This document shows positions 9,844-19,273 of a DNA stretch of 64,000 bases, piece after piece. The translations under genes were made by a program, and so were the position numbers. Position 1 is the first letter of the stretch, and every line of letters begins with the position of its first letter. The stretch comes from Mogibacterium sp. (lineage in GTDB: Bacteria; Bacillota; Clostridia; Peptostreptococcales; Anaerovoracaceae). Where the stretch lies: positions 30,863 through 94,862 of the forward strand of contig JAFWGQ010000001.1 in assembly GCA_017512365.1 (NCBI GenBank). The letters run 5' to 3'. The notes under the pieces are model-generated. The model worked only from the letters and a program-made list of their open reading frames with translations. It did no database searches and was not told the DNA's origin.

Positions 9844-10682
9844 TGGCTAAGAAGGCAAGGTCAAAAAACGCAAGGATAAGACGCGGGGCCGAGAATGTCA
9901 TAATGGTATGCCTGGCCGCGATAGTGGTCATATCGGGATGGAAGATCTATACCATAATGCGCGGATACCACGAGGGGCAGGAGGTATACAAAAAGATCTC
10001 CGAGCAGACTGCGGCGCAGGGCTTCACGGGCGACATAGACTGGGACAAGCTCAGGAAGATCAATCCGGAAGTCGTGGGCTGGCTCTATTATGAGGATACC
10101 GTCATCGACTATCCGGTAGTCAAGGGCCAGGACAACGACAGGTATCTGTACACCATGTTCGACGGAAGCGTCGGAGGCTTCGGGACTCTCTTCGCGGATG
10201 CCGCGACCGAGGCGCCGTTCAGGCAGTTCAATACCATAGTGTACGGTCATCACATGAGGGACGGATCCATGTTCGCCCCGCTCAAGAGACTAAAGGACAG
10301 TTCGTACGCCGGGGAGCATCCGCAGCTCGAACTGATAACGCCGGAGGGCAAGTTCCATCTCCTGATATGGGCCTTCCTCAATCAGCCGGCCGACAGTCAG
10401 ATATACATGACCAACATACACGACAAGGAAGAAAGGGCCGCATACCTCGAACTCATCAGGGATCTGGCGGACTACACCACGGATGTCGAGGTCAGCGTTG
10501 AAGACAGGCTGGTCATACTCTCGACATGCGCCTACGAGTACCAGGATGCGCGCTACATGGTGGTCGGCAAGATGGTCCCGTGGGACGGACAGAAGATAAA
10601 CATGAGCTATGACGAGCCTGAGGAGACGGACGCAGAAGCGGACGGCCTCGAGAACAGCGAGGACGGCGGTTCTGACGAATAG
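9843..10682 (+). CDS. srtB: Class B sortase
   Basis: N-terminal TM anchor, then WLYYEDTVIDYPVVKGQDN, YGHHMRDGSMF and the catalytic LVILSTC motif. TAATG overlap with the upstream gene. Confidence 0.85.
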   Translation: MAKKARSKNARIRRGAENVIMVCLAAIVVISGWKIYTIMRGYHEGQEVYKKISEQTAAQGFTGDIDWDKLRKINPEVVGWLYYEDTVIDYPVVKGQDNDRYLYTMFDGSVGGFGTLFADAATEAPFRQFNTIVYGHHMRDGSMFAPLKRLKDSSYAGEHPQLELITPEGKFHLLIWAFLNQPADSQIYMTNIHDKEERAAYLELIRDLADYTTDVEVSVEDRLVILSTCAYEYQDARYMVVGKMVPWDGQKINMSYDEPEETDAEADGLENSEDGGSDE

Positions 10683-10786
10683 CGCCCGGATGTGCAATCG
10701 TTCAGCTGATTATGGTAAAATAATCTTGCTTTTCATGGGGCGGCGCGCCGCCCGGGAATATATGGGATAAGTGAAAGGAAGTAATT

Positions 10787-11335
10787 ATGGACTACAAGAT
10801 GACTATCGCCGGACTCGAGAGACATCTGCCTCTCTGCAAGGTAACAGATGACCTTTATATCGCCGGATTCATTATGTTCAATGATGTCGAGATCACCGAA
10901 GCGTGCGCGAGAGAGCTTCTGGCAAAGGCGCCTGACTTCGATGTGCTGATCACCGCCGAGAGCAAGGGCATCCCTCTGGCATACGAGATGTCACGCCAGT
11001 CGGGCAAGCCGTACATCGTCGCCCGCAAGGGAGTGAAGCTCTACATGACTGACGCGGTCATGGTGCACGTCAAGTCCATAACCACGTCGGGCGTCCAGAC
11101 TCTCTGCCTGGGCAGGGACGAAAGGGAACTGATGAAGGGAAAGAAGATCCTGATCGTCGACGATGTGATCAGTACGGGTGAATCGCTGAACGCGCTCGAG
11201 AAGCTGGTCGAGACAGTAGGCGGCGATATCGTCGGCAAGTTCACCGTGCTCGCCGAGGGAGAGGCGGCCGACAGGAAGGATATCACATATCTTGAGTATC
11301 TTCCGCTTTTCACTCCGGACGGAAAACCGAAATAG
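10787..11335 (+). CDS. Phosphoribosyltransferase-family protein (APRT-like)
   Basis: PRPP-binding loop KILIVDDVISTGES, 182 aa. Confidence 0.75.
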   Translation: MDYKMTIAGLERHLPLCKVTDDLYIAGFIMFNDVEITEACARELLAKAPDFDVLITAESKGIPLAYEMSRQSGKPYIVARKGVKLYMTDAVMVHVKSITTSGVQTLCLGRDERELMKGKKILIVDDVISTGESLNALEKLVETVGGDIVGKFTVLAEGEAADRKDITYLEYLPLFTPDGKPK

Positions 11336-11362
11336 AAAAACGCAGGAAATCGTTGAAATTTC

Positions 11363-11390
11363 AAGCCTCCGCAAGCGGGGGCTTTTGGTT
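11363..11390 (+). terminator. Rho-independent terminator
   Basis: AAGCCTCCG-caag-CGGGGGCTT followed by a short TTTT run. Confidence 0.7.
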
Positions 11391-11468
11391 TGAACAATTA
11401 ATAACGAGATTGTTTTGTATTTGGTACACAAATTAGACCTTTAATTTTGAGTTTTTCCACAAAAAGTG

Positions 11469-11497
11469 TTGACACACAATCTTCACAATGTTAATAT
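11469..11497 (+). promoter_or_regulatory. Sigma-70/SigA-type promoter of the liv operon leader
   Basis: TTGACA (11469-11474), a 17-nt spacer, then TAATAT (11492-11497). Confidence 0.7.
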
Positions 11498-11538
11498 CAC
11501 GCTGTACACAAAATCTGTGCACTTTTAAAGGAGACCAA

Positions 11539-11634
11539 ATGTATTTCAGCTCAGGCGTAATCGTAATCAGCATTATCAGCGTCCTTCTGGTCGTAAGACT
11601 GGTAGAGGGCGAAATTATGCTGCAGGGCGATTGA
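11539..11634 (+). CDS. Candidate leader peptide, 31 aa, Ile/Val/Leu-rich (MYFSSGVIVISIISVLLVVRLVEGEIMLQGD)
   Basis: ATG sits 7 nt after AAAGGAG. By my count 15 of 31 codons are Ile/Val/Leu. It lies between a consensus promoter and a hairpin, upstream of a branched-chain amino-acid transporter. It is too short to appear in the ORF track. Confidence 0.5.
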   Translation: MYFSSGVIVISIISVLLVVRLVEGEIMLQGD

Positions 11635-11664
11635 GTACAGAGGTCACTGAATCTGAAGCTTGGG

Positions 11665-11689
11665 AGCCCGCAGCGATGCGGGCTTGTTA
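11665..11689 (+). terminator. Candidate attenuator hairpin
   Basis: AGCCCGCA-GCGA-TGCGGGCT (8 bp, GNRA loop) followed by TGTTAAAT, a weak U-tract. The 5' arm can alternatively pair with CTGCAGGGC (11620-11628) at the end of the leader ORF. Confidence 0.4.
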
Positions 11690-11775
11690 AATGCCCGGGT
11701 CAAGGTTTTCAAGTCACTTATCAACTATCACTCAGTCAGTTGTAACTCAGGTAAAAAGGAAAGGGAGAAATCGAA

Positions 11776-12957
11776 ATGAAGAAGACATGGACAAAAGTCG
11801 TAGTTGTAGCACTCTCCTGCATGATGGTCCTCATGCTTGCAGCATGTGGCGGCGGCAGCAGCGACAGCGGCAGCGGTGATGCAGGAGACAATGTTATAAA
11901 ACTGGGTAATACAGGACCTCTCACAGGACCTGCAGCTATCTACGGAAATGCAGTAAAGAACGGCGGACAGCTCGCTGTTGACGAGATCAACAAGGCTAAT
12001 CCGGACGGCGTACAGCTTGCATGGCAGGCTGAGGACGACGAGGCTGACGGCGAAAAGGCAGTCAACGCCTACAACAAGCTGATGGATGACGGAATGGATG
12101 TATTCATCGGATCCACGACTTCCGGCTCCTGCGTAGCGGCAGCCGAGAAGGCTAATCAGGACAGAGTATTCGAGCTCACTCCATCCGCTTCACAGGTAGC
12201 GGTAACAGAGGGCAAGGACAATGTGTTCCAGCTCTGCTTCTCCGACCCTAACCAGGGTGTTGCGGCAGCCGACTATATCTCTGAGAAGATGCCGGATGCA
12301 AAGGTAGGCGTTATCTACAACAACGCGTCCGACTACTCCGCGGGAATCTATGACAAGTTCAAGGCTCAGATGGAAGCCAAGGGCAAGGAAGTCGTAGCTA
12401 CAGAGGCATTCTCTGACGACGCAAACACAGACTTCCAGGCTCAGATCAACAGCATGAAGAACGCCGGCGTGGATCTGGTATTCCTGCCGATCTACTACAC
12501 ACCGGCTTCGAACATCCTGATCCAGGCGGACAAGATCGGTTACAAGCCGACATTCTTCGGAGTTGACGGCATGGACGGAATCCTCACACTCGAGGGCTTC
12601 GACACATCGCTGGCAGAGGGCGTCATGCTCCTGACACCGTTCATCGCTACAGCTGAGGACGAGGCTACACAGAAATTCGTTGCGGCCTACAAGGAAGCTT
12701 ACGGCGAAGAGCCGAACCAGTTCGCAGCTGATGCTTATGACTGCGTATATGCTGTATACAATGCTATCGGCCAGTCCGGCCTTGATGCTTCCGCATCGCA
12801 CGAGGATCTCTGCGAAGCTCTGATCAAGGTCTTCACCGGAGACTTCACATTCAGCGGCGTTACAGGCGCTGAGATGAAGTGGAACGAGGCAGGCGAAGTC
12901 AACAAGACTCCTAATGCCATGGTCATCGAGAACGGCGTATATGTACCGGTTAAGTAA
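11776..12957 (+). CDS. livJ: Branched-chain amino-acid ABC transporter substrate-binding lipoprotein (LivJ/K-like)
   Basis: Lipobox LMLAACGG, a periplasmic-binding-protein type 1 pattern (GPLTGPAAIYG, GSTTSG), and liv permease/ATPase genes immediately downstream. Confidence 0.85.
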   Translation: MKKTWTKVVVVALSCMMVLMLAACGGGSSDSGSGDAGDNVIKLGNTGPLTGPAAIYGNAVKNGGQLAVDEINKANPDGVQLAWQAEDDEADGEKAVNAYNKLMDDGMDVFIGSTTSGSCVAAAEKANQDRVFELTPSASQVAVTEGKDNVFQLCFSDPNQGVAAADYISEKMPDAKVGVIYNNASDYSAGIYDKFKAQMEAKGKEVVATEAFSDDANTDFQAQINSMKNAGVDLVFLPIYYTPASNILIQADKIGYKPTFFGVDGMDGILTLEGFDTSLAEGVMLLTPFIATAEDEATQKFVAAYKEAYGEEPNQFAADAYDCVYAVYNAIGQSGLDASASHEDLCEALIKVFTGDFTFSGVTGAEMKWNEAGEVNKTPNAMVIENGVYVPVK

Positions 12958-12993
12958 TACACTGACTGACTTAGGTGTATAGTTGTCGGCCGA

Positions 12994-13022
12994 GGGGTGC
13001 TGCATTACAGATGCGGCACCCC
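12994..13022 (+). promoter_or_regulatory. Intercistronic stem-loop between the binding-protein and permease genes
   Basis: GGGGTGCTGCA / TGCGGCACCCC, an 11-bp stem with one G-U pair and no U-tract. Such hairpins typically stabilise the upstream mRNA segment. Confidence 0.5.
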
Positions 13023-13051
13023 GAAGCCACGTTTAAAGGAAAGAAGAAACC

Positions 13052-13936
13052 ATGAATTTTTTGACTAATATCATTTCGGGCCTCAGCCTTGGAAGCGTAT
13101 ACGCGATCATAGCGCTCGGATACACGATGGTCTATGGTATCTCCAAGATGCTGAACTTCGCTCACGGAGATGTCATCATGATCGGCGGCTACATGTCGTT
13201 CGTCATGACGCAGTACGTCGGGATGAACGGATGGCTGGCTCTTCTGGTGGCCATGGTGGTATGTACGGTGCTCGGAATCATGATCGAGAGGCTGGCGTAC
13301 AGGCCTCTCAGGGGAACCGGCTCTCTCGCCGTGCTGATCACGGCGATAGGCGTGTCGTACTTCCTTCAGAACATCGCTCTTCTCATCTGGGGTGCCAACC
13401 CTAAGATGTTCACGAGCCTGTTCAAGGGGATGAGCCCTATACACGCGGCCGGCGGCAGACTGACCATCACTCCTGAGTCGCTGTTCACTATCGCGGCCAA
13501 CATCGTGATCATGATCGCACTGACGCTCTTCGTAAGCAAAAGCAAGGCCGGCAAGGCCATGAGAGCCGTTTCCGAAGACAACGGAGCGGCCCAGCTGATG
13601 GGCATCAATGTCAATCAGTCCATATCGCTCACTTTCGCGATCGGCTCGGGTCTCGCGGCCGTCGCAGGAGTGCTGATGTGCTCCGCATATCCGGTGCTTA
13701 TGCCTACCACAGGCGCCATGCCGGGCATCAAGGCGTTCACAGCCGCGGTATTCGGCGGCATCGGTTCCATACCGGGAGCGATGATCGGAGGACTGATCCT
13801 CGGCATAATCGAGATCTTCTCCAGAGCGTACATCTCCACGGAGCTCTCGGACGCCATCGTGTTCGCTTGTCTCATCATCGTGCTTCTTGTCAAGCCTACG
13901 GGACTGCTCGGCAAGAAGGTCAGCGAGAAAGTGTAG
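13052..13936 (+). CDS. livH: Branched-chain amino-acid ABC transporter permease LivH
   Basis: 294 aa and polytopic, with the typical N-terminus LSLGSVYAIIALGYTMVYG. Confidence 0.9.
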   Translation: MNFLTNIISGLSLGSVYAIIALGYTMVYGISKMLNFAHGDVIMIGGYMSFVMTQYVGMNGWLALLVAMVVCTVLGIMIERLAYRPLRGTGSLAVLITAIGVSYFLQNIALLIWGANPKMFTSLFKGMSPIHAAGGRLTITPESLFTIAANIVIMIALTLFVSKSKAGKAMRAVSEDNGAAQLMGINVNQSISLTFAIGSGLAAVAGVLMCSAYPVLMPTTGAMPGIKAFTAAVFGGIGSIPGAMIGGLILGIIEIFSRAYISTELSDAIVFACLIIVLLVKPTGLLGKKVSEKV

Positions 13937-13943
13937 GTGGGTC

Positions 13944-15089
13944 ATGGCAGACAGAATTCTGAAACTTAAATCGATAAGCACCAGGGGCCTCAAGAATGCC
14001 GTAAAGGGCAACGAGTACCGCAGGGAAGCTTCCATTTCGTACGGGATCCTGATCGTCGGGTACATCCTGCTTTCGATCGGCGCGGCCACGGGCCTTATCG
14101 GACATAACCTTCAGGGACAGTTCGTCCCTATCTGCGTATATATCTCGCTGGCTGTTTCGCTGAATCTGGTAGTAGGCATATCCGGAGAGCTCTCGCTCGG
14201 ACACGCGGGCTTCATGGCCGTTGGCGCGTTCAGCGGCATAATAATGGAGCGCATACTTCTCGCGCACATGAGCTTTGAGCCGGTCATCATGATACTGTCG
14301 CTTCTCTTCGGAGCATTCATGGCGGCGATCGCGGGCTTCATAATCGGTATCCCTATCCTGGGACTCCGCGGAGACTATCTTGCGATCGTAACGCTCGCGT
14401 TCGGAGAGATCATCAGGAATTTCATGAACGTGCTCTACTTCGGCCTTGACGACAAGGGGCACCTGAAGTTCGCGTTCAACCATACAATCGACGGCATCGA
14501 CAACAGCCAGAGGATCATCACCGGCGCTATCGGCGCGACCGGTACCAAGACGATAGCCACATTTACATGGGGCATACTGCTTTGCCTTTTCACCGTGTTC
14601 GTCGTGCTCAACATGAAGAACTCCAAGCAGGGCAGAGCGATAATGTCCATCAGGGACAACCGCATAGCGGCGGAATCCATCGGACTCGATGTCAGGAAGT
14701 ACAAACTCATGGCGTTCGTCGTGAGCGCGGCGCTCGCCGGGATGGCAGGCTGCCTGTTCGGACTGAATTACAGCACGCTTGTGCCGCTGAAGTTCAACTT
14801 CAATACATCGGTGCTCATACTGGTATTCGTAGTGCTCGGAGGAGTAGGCAATATCTGGGGCGGCATCATCGCGGCTGCGGTGCTTACCATACTGCCTGAG
14901 ACATTCAGACAGTTCGCCGATTACAGGATGCTGACCTATGCGATCGTGCTCATCCTCGTCATGATCTGCACGTACAATCCGACCATCAAGGCCAGGGTCA
15001 CGTCCATATGGAACAGGATAAATCCTTTCAAAAAGCGTGACGACAGGAATAAGCCGAAAAAGAAAAAGACCGGAAAGGAGGCTGCATAA
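13944..15089 (+). CDS. livM: Branched-chain amino-acid ABC transporter permease LivM
   Basis: Polytopic, with SGELSLGHAGFMAVGAF and GDYLAIVTLAFGEI. ATG 13944 was chosen because the ORF-track start 13887 overlaps livH. The C-terminal tail is Lys-rich. Confidence 0.85.
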   Translation: MADRILKLKSISTRGLKNAVKGNEYRREASISYGILIVGYILLSIGAATGLIGHNLQGQFVPICVYISLAVSLNLVVGISGELSLGHAGFMAVGAFSGIIMERILLAHMSFEPVIMILSLLFGAFMAAIAGFIIGIPILGLRGDYLAIVTLAFGEIIRNFMNVLYFGLDDKGHLKFAFNHTIDGIDNSQRIITGAIGATGTKTIATFTWGILLCLFTVFVVLNMKNSKQGRAIMSIRDNRIAAESIGLDVRKYKLMAFVVSAALAGMAGCLFGLNYSTLVPLKFNFNTSVLILVFVVLGGVGNIWGGIIAAAVLTILPETFRQFADYRMLTYAIVLILVMICTYNPTIKARVTSIWNRINPFKKRDDRNKPKKKKTGKEAA

Positions 15090-16168
15090 ATGGCTCCAAA
15101 AGATAAAAGAGACGAGATCCGCGATGCCGAAATCTCGGAAACCGGTCATACATATGAGAACAGACAGGAGATATACTATAACGACAACGTCGGCGGCAGA
15201 GCCGTATTCGTGGACGCCAAGGAACACTATGATCCTGATGAGCCGTACAACGATCAGGTGTATATCCCTGAAAGGGACAAGGCCAAGTCGCCTATACTCG
15301 AGGTCAAGAACCTCGGGATAGACTTCGGAGGACTGACCGCGGTGGACAACTTCAACCTTACGCTCGGCAGGACCGAGATCGGCGGACTTATAGGCCCTAA
15401 CGGCGCCGGCAAGACCACGATCTTCAACATGCTGACGAAGGTGTACGAGCCGACGAGGGGAGAGATCTTCTTTGACGGCAAGAGCACCAAGGGAATGACT
15501 ACAGTCGACATCAACAAGGCCGGCATGGCGCGTACATTCCAGAACATCAGGCTGTTCGACAAGCTGACCGTTGAGGAGAACATCAAGGTGGCTCTCCATC
15601 ACACCACAGACTACGGCCTTGTGAGCGGCATGTTCCACACGCCGAAGTACAGGCACGAGGAGTTCCGCATCCGCAAGGAGGCGATGAAGTACCTCAAGAT
15701 CTTCGGCATGACCAAGACGGCCGACTACAGGGCGGGTTCGCTGCCGTACGGCGCTCAGAGAAGACTCGAGATCATGAGAGCTCTGGCCACCAAGCCTAAG
15801 CTGCTTCTGCTCGACGAGCCGGCGGCCGGCATGAACCCTTCGGAAACGACAGAGCTGATGGAGACCATCAGGGAGATCCGCGACAGGTTCCAGATCGCGA
15901 TATTCCTGATAGAGCACGACATGAGCCTGGTCATGAACATCTGCGAGGGCATCGTGGTGCTCAACTACGGACGCGTCATCGCCAAGGGCAACGCGGCCGA
16001 GATCCAGAGCAATCCTAAGGTCATCGAGGCCTACCTCGGCAAGAGCAGGGGAAAGATGGAAGAGGAAGAAAAGAACGAGGATATCGAGGAGGCTCTCAGT
16101 AAGGGCAAGCTCGAGTCCGCCGCTTCCGGCAAGCCTGACGCCGGGTCATCGGGGAAGGAGGTCGGATA

Positions 16169-16169
<1 letters not shown>
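15090..16169 (+). CDS. livG: Branched-chain amino-acid ABC transporter ATP-binding protein LivG, with N- and C-terminal extensions
   Basis: Walker A GPNGAGKTT, signature LPYGAQRRLEI, Walker B LLLLDEPAAG. A strong RBS GGAAAGGAGG precedes ATG 15090. Confidence 0.9.
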
Positions 16170-16879
<710 letters not shown>

Positions 16880-16897
16880 AACTGCCTCAAACCATTT

Positions 16898-16927
16898 CGG
16901 GTCAGGTGTTCCCTGACCCGTTTTTTG
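16898..16927 (+). terminator. Rho-independent terminator of the liv operon
   Basis: CGGGTCAGG-tgttc-CCTGACCCG followed by TTTTTT. Confidence 0.85.
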
Positions 16928-17048
16928 TGCTATAATGATTCCGTCTATCATGGCGGCCTTGCCGTATTGACAGAATCATTGATCTTCGGAGGCGGGGCTC
17001 CTCCGATGGAATAACGTGTCAAAATATGTAAAGAAAACGAGGGACGAG

Positions 17049-17624
17049 ATGAAGAAAGCGATTACTCTGATAATTACCGTACTGATGATATCTGCTCTTG
17101 CGCCGGGGATGAGCGCCTGCAAAAAAACGCCGGAAACCGGAGACAAGGGCAGCCCTGAACCTGCAGCGGCAGATACGGAAAAGATCGTGACCTCCATCAC
17201 GGACATCGATACGGAAGACATGCAGGATCTTCCTCTCGAGATCGAATCGGTCACGCTCCTCGAAGGCGGTTCTGTCAGGATCGTCCCGACGGGAGACCTC
17301 AAAAAGAATGAGATCAAGGATGACAAGACCGACGCGATCTATCCGTTCGATGAATTCGGCAAGGTCAAAGACATATATCTCGTCAGATTCGGCAACGGCG
17401 GCTACAGGACGGTCATCGCCCTGATGGAAGACGGAACTCTGTCGGCGCTGAGCGCCAAAGAGCTCATCGAGGACCATATCGCGGTCGTCATGCCTAATGT
17501 ATCGGGAAGGGACAATTATGTGTCGGTAGAAGAAATAAAGGACGAGGACGAAGAAAGCTTCAGGGTCATCGGCAAGACGGATGACGGAGAGGAGATCGAA
17601 CTCGACTTCAGCCTCAACTTCTGA
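17049..17624 (+). CDS. Hypothetical lipoprotein
   Basis: Signal peptide with lipobox APGMSAC. ATG 17049 follows GAGGGA, and an alternative start lies at 17016. Confidence 0.6.
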   Translation: MKKAITLIITVLMISALAPGMSACKKTPETGDKGSPEPAAADTEKIVTSITDIDTEDMQDLPLEIESVTLLEGGSVRIVPTGDLKKNEIKDDKTDAIYPFDEFGKVKDIYLVRFGNGGYRTVIALMEDGTLSALSAKELIEDHIAVVMPNVSGRDNYVSVEEIKDEDEESFRVIGKTDDGEEIELDFSLNF

Positions 17625-17643
17625 CAGAAAGGACCATACAGCA

Positions 17644-19239
17644 ATGGATGCAACTCAGACAATTAATTCGGCTGTGGCCGAATGGTTCGAAGGCAATTTC
17701 AAGGAATCGGCAAAGCTGACGACAAAGACTTCGCGTCTGCAGGACGGAAGGCTCAGTTATTCCTTTTCCGTCGTCAACGATTCCGGCTTCGATTTCGATG
17801 ACTTTTCATTCAGGATCAAGGTCATCGACAAGTCGAACAACGAAGAGATAGGAACGGCGACTATCAAGGCCGGAGAGTGGAAGCGCGGCGAAAAAAAGAC
17901 CTTCAAGTCGAAGCTCGCGATCCCGCCTGATGTCAAGAGCCTGTCGTTCGTAATGTACTCGAATACCCTGAAGTACACGATCAGTGAAGAGGACAGGAAC
18001 AATATCGACTCGGTGTTCGACGGCATGGACGACGCCATGAGAGATATAGGCGAAGCCTTCGGAGGACTGACAGGCAGCGGGGGCGTTTTCGGAGAACTCT
18101 TCGGCACCGGCGGCATGCCTGAGACGGGACGCACCACGACGAAGACCACTACTACAAGATCCGCGGACGGGACGACCAGGACCACTACGACGACGACCAC
18201 AAGCAGAGGCAGCTCCGGAACGGTGAACGCGGGCAGTACCCGCACGGTCCCGAATTCCTCGCCGGCAAGACAGTCGGGCGGCGTTTCAAGCTATACGCAG
18301 CGCAAGATACAGAAGAAGCTGGACAAGATGAGACTCGGCAAGTCCGGATGGACCATCGTGGCGCTTGGGTTCGGCCTGCTGTTCCTGCTGGCTGCCGTGG
18401 GAGCCACGGAAGCGCCGGTTGCAGCCGCATACGGCGTCGCAGGCCTCATAGGTCTGGCGGCCGCGGCCGTCATCAAGCTCGTGAACAACAGCCGTGCAAA
18501 GAGGATCCGCACCTATGAAAGCAAGGTGAACTACAAGGGCAACACATATATCGATGATCTCTGCGCGGCGGTGGGCCGGCCTTACGAAAAGGTGGCCGAC
18601 GAACTGCAGCAGATGATAGTGGACGGCTTTTTCCCGGGAGCCTACGTGGACTTCAAAAACAGGCTGCTCGTCATGACGAAGGACGGCCAGCCGATGGAAT
18701 CGGTCGAGAAGTCAGTCGCGATGGGCAACAGGGCAAAACGCAAGTCCGGCAAGGATACCTCGCCTCAGACACTTGACGATCTGATCACCATGACCGATGA
18801 CGCCGAACTCAAGAGCAAGCTCAAGAAGCTCAGGACGGTCACGAAGAAGATCGACGCCAGAGTCGAAGAGGTTCCTGAACTCGGAAAGCAGGTCAAAGAG
18901 TTCAGGGAGAAGTATTACCCTGAGGTCGTACGCCTTACGGATGCATACAACGACAAGATCGCGGACCTCGCCAAGGGGACCGGCGACAAGCCTAAGGAAG
19001 AGGTCACGACCTCAGCCGACGGCGCGCCTGTGATCAACTCCAGTCCGAACTACCTCGAGGAGCAGGCGGCGGATATCAAGAAGCAGCTGATCTCACTGAT
19101 CGACTCGGTGACCGAGGCGTCGGACAACCTGCTCGAGAGACTGTACGAGGACGACATCATGGACATCACGACGGATATCCAGAGTCTTCAGACAACGCTC
19201 GCGAGCAAGGGCCTGCTCGATTCGGATTTCGATATTTAG
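17644..19239 (+). CDS. Membrane protein with an XpaC-like (5-bromo-4-chloroindolyl phosphate hydrolysis protein family) C-terminal region
   Basis: Architecture: N-terminal soluble domain, Thr-rich linker (TTTKTTTTRSADGTTRTTTTTTT), two TM helices, then a helical C-terminus. It lies directly upstream of a TelA/YaaN-like gene, matching the xpaC-yaaN pair of Bacillus subtilis. ATG 17644 was chosen. Confidence 0.55.
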   Translation: MDATQTINSAVAEWFEGNFKESAKLTTKTSRLQDGRLSYSFSVVNDSGFDFDDFSFRIKVIDKSNNEEIGTATIKAGEWKRGEKKTFKSKLAIPPDVKSLSFVMYSNTLKYTISEEDRNNIDSVFDGMDDAMRDIGEAFGGLTGSGGVFGELFGTGGMPETGRTTTKTTTTRSADGTTRTTTTTTTSRGSSGTVNAGSTRTVPNSSPARQSGGVSSYTQRKIQKKLDKMRLGKSGWTIVALGFGLLFLLAAVGATEAPVAAAYGVAGLIGLAAAAVIKLVNNSRAKRIRTYESKVNYKGNTYIDDLCAAVGRPYEKVADELQQMIVDGFFPGAYVDFKNRLLVMTKDGQPMESVEKSVAMGNRAKRKSGKDTSPQTLDDLITMTDDAELKSKLKKLRTVTKKIDARVEEVPELGKQVKEFREKYYPEVVRLTDAYNDKIADLAKGTGDKPKEEVTTSADGAPVINSSPNYLEEQAADIKKQLISLIDSVTEASDNLLERLYEDDIMDITTDIQSLQTTLASKGLLDSDFDI

Positions 19240-19273
19240 TCAATAATTATAATCACATACAAGGAGGACTAAC

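Noticed and set aside
10787-11335. The PRTase as an effector of the RT system, as in retron-type PRTase effectors
   Set aside because: It lies 13 kb away, is separated from the RT by several unrelated operons and terminators, and looks like an ordinary APRT-type enzyme.
13920-15917. 665-aa minus-strand ORF, and similar long antisense ORFs (994-2286, 23095-24570, 40729-42030, 56887-58209, 12971-14089)
   Set aside because: These are shadow ORFs opposite clearly recognisable genes (livM/livG, atpA, GGDEF, amylosucrase-like GH13, whiA, livH). They have Arg/His/Val/Leu-rich composition and no recognisable motifs.
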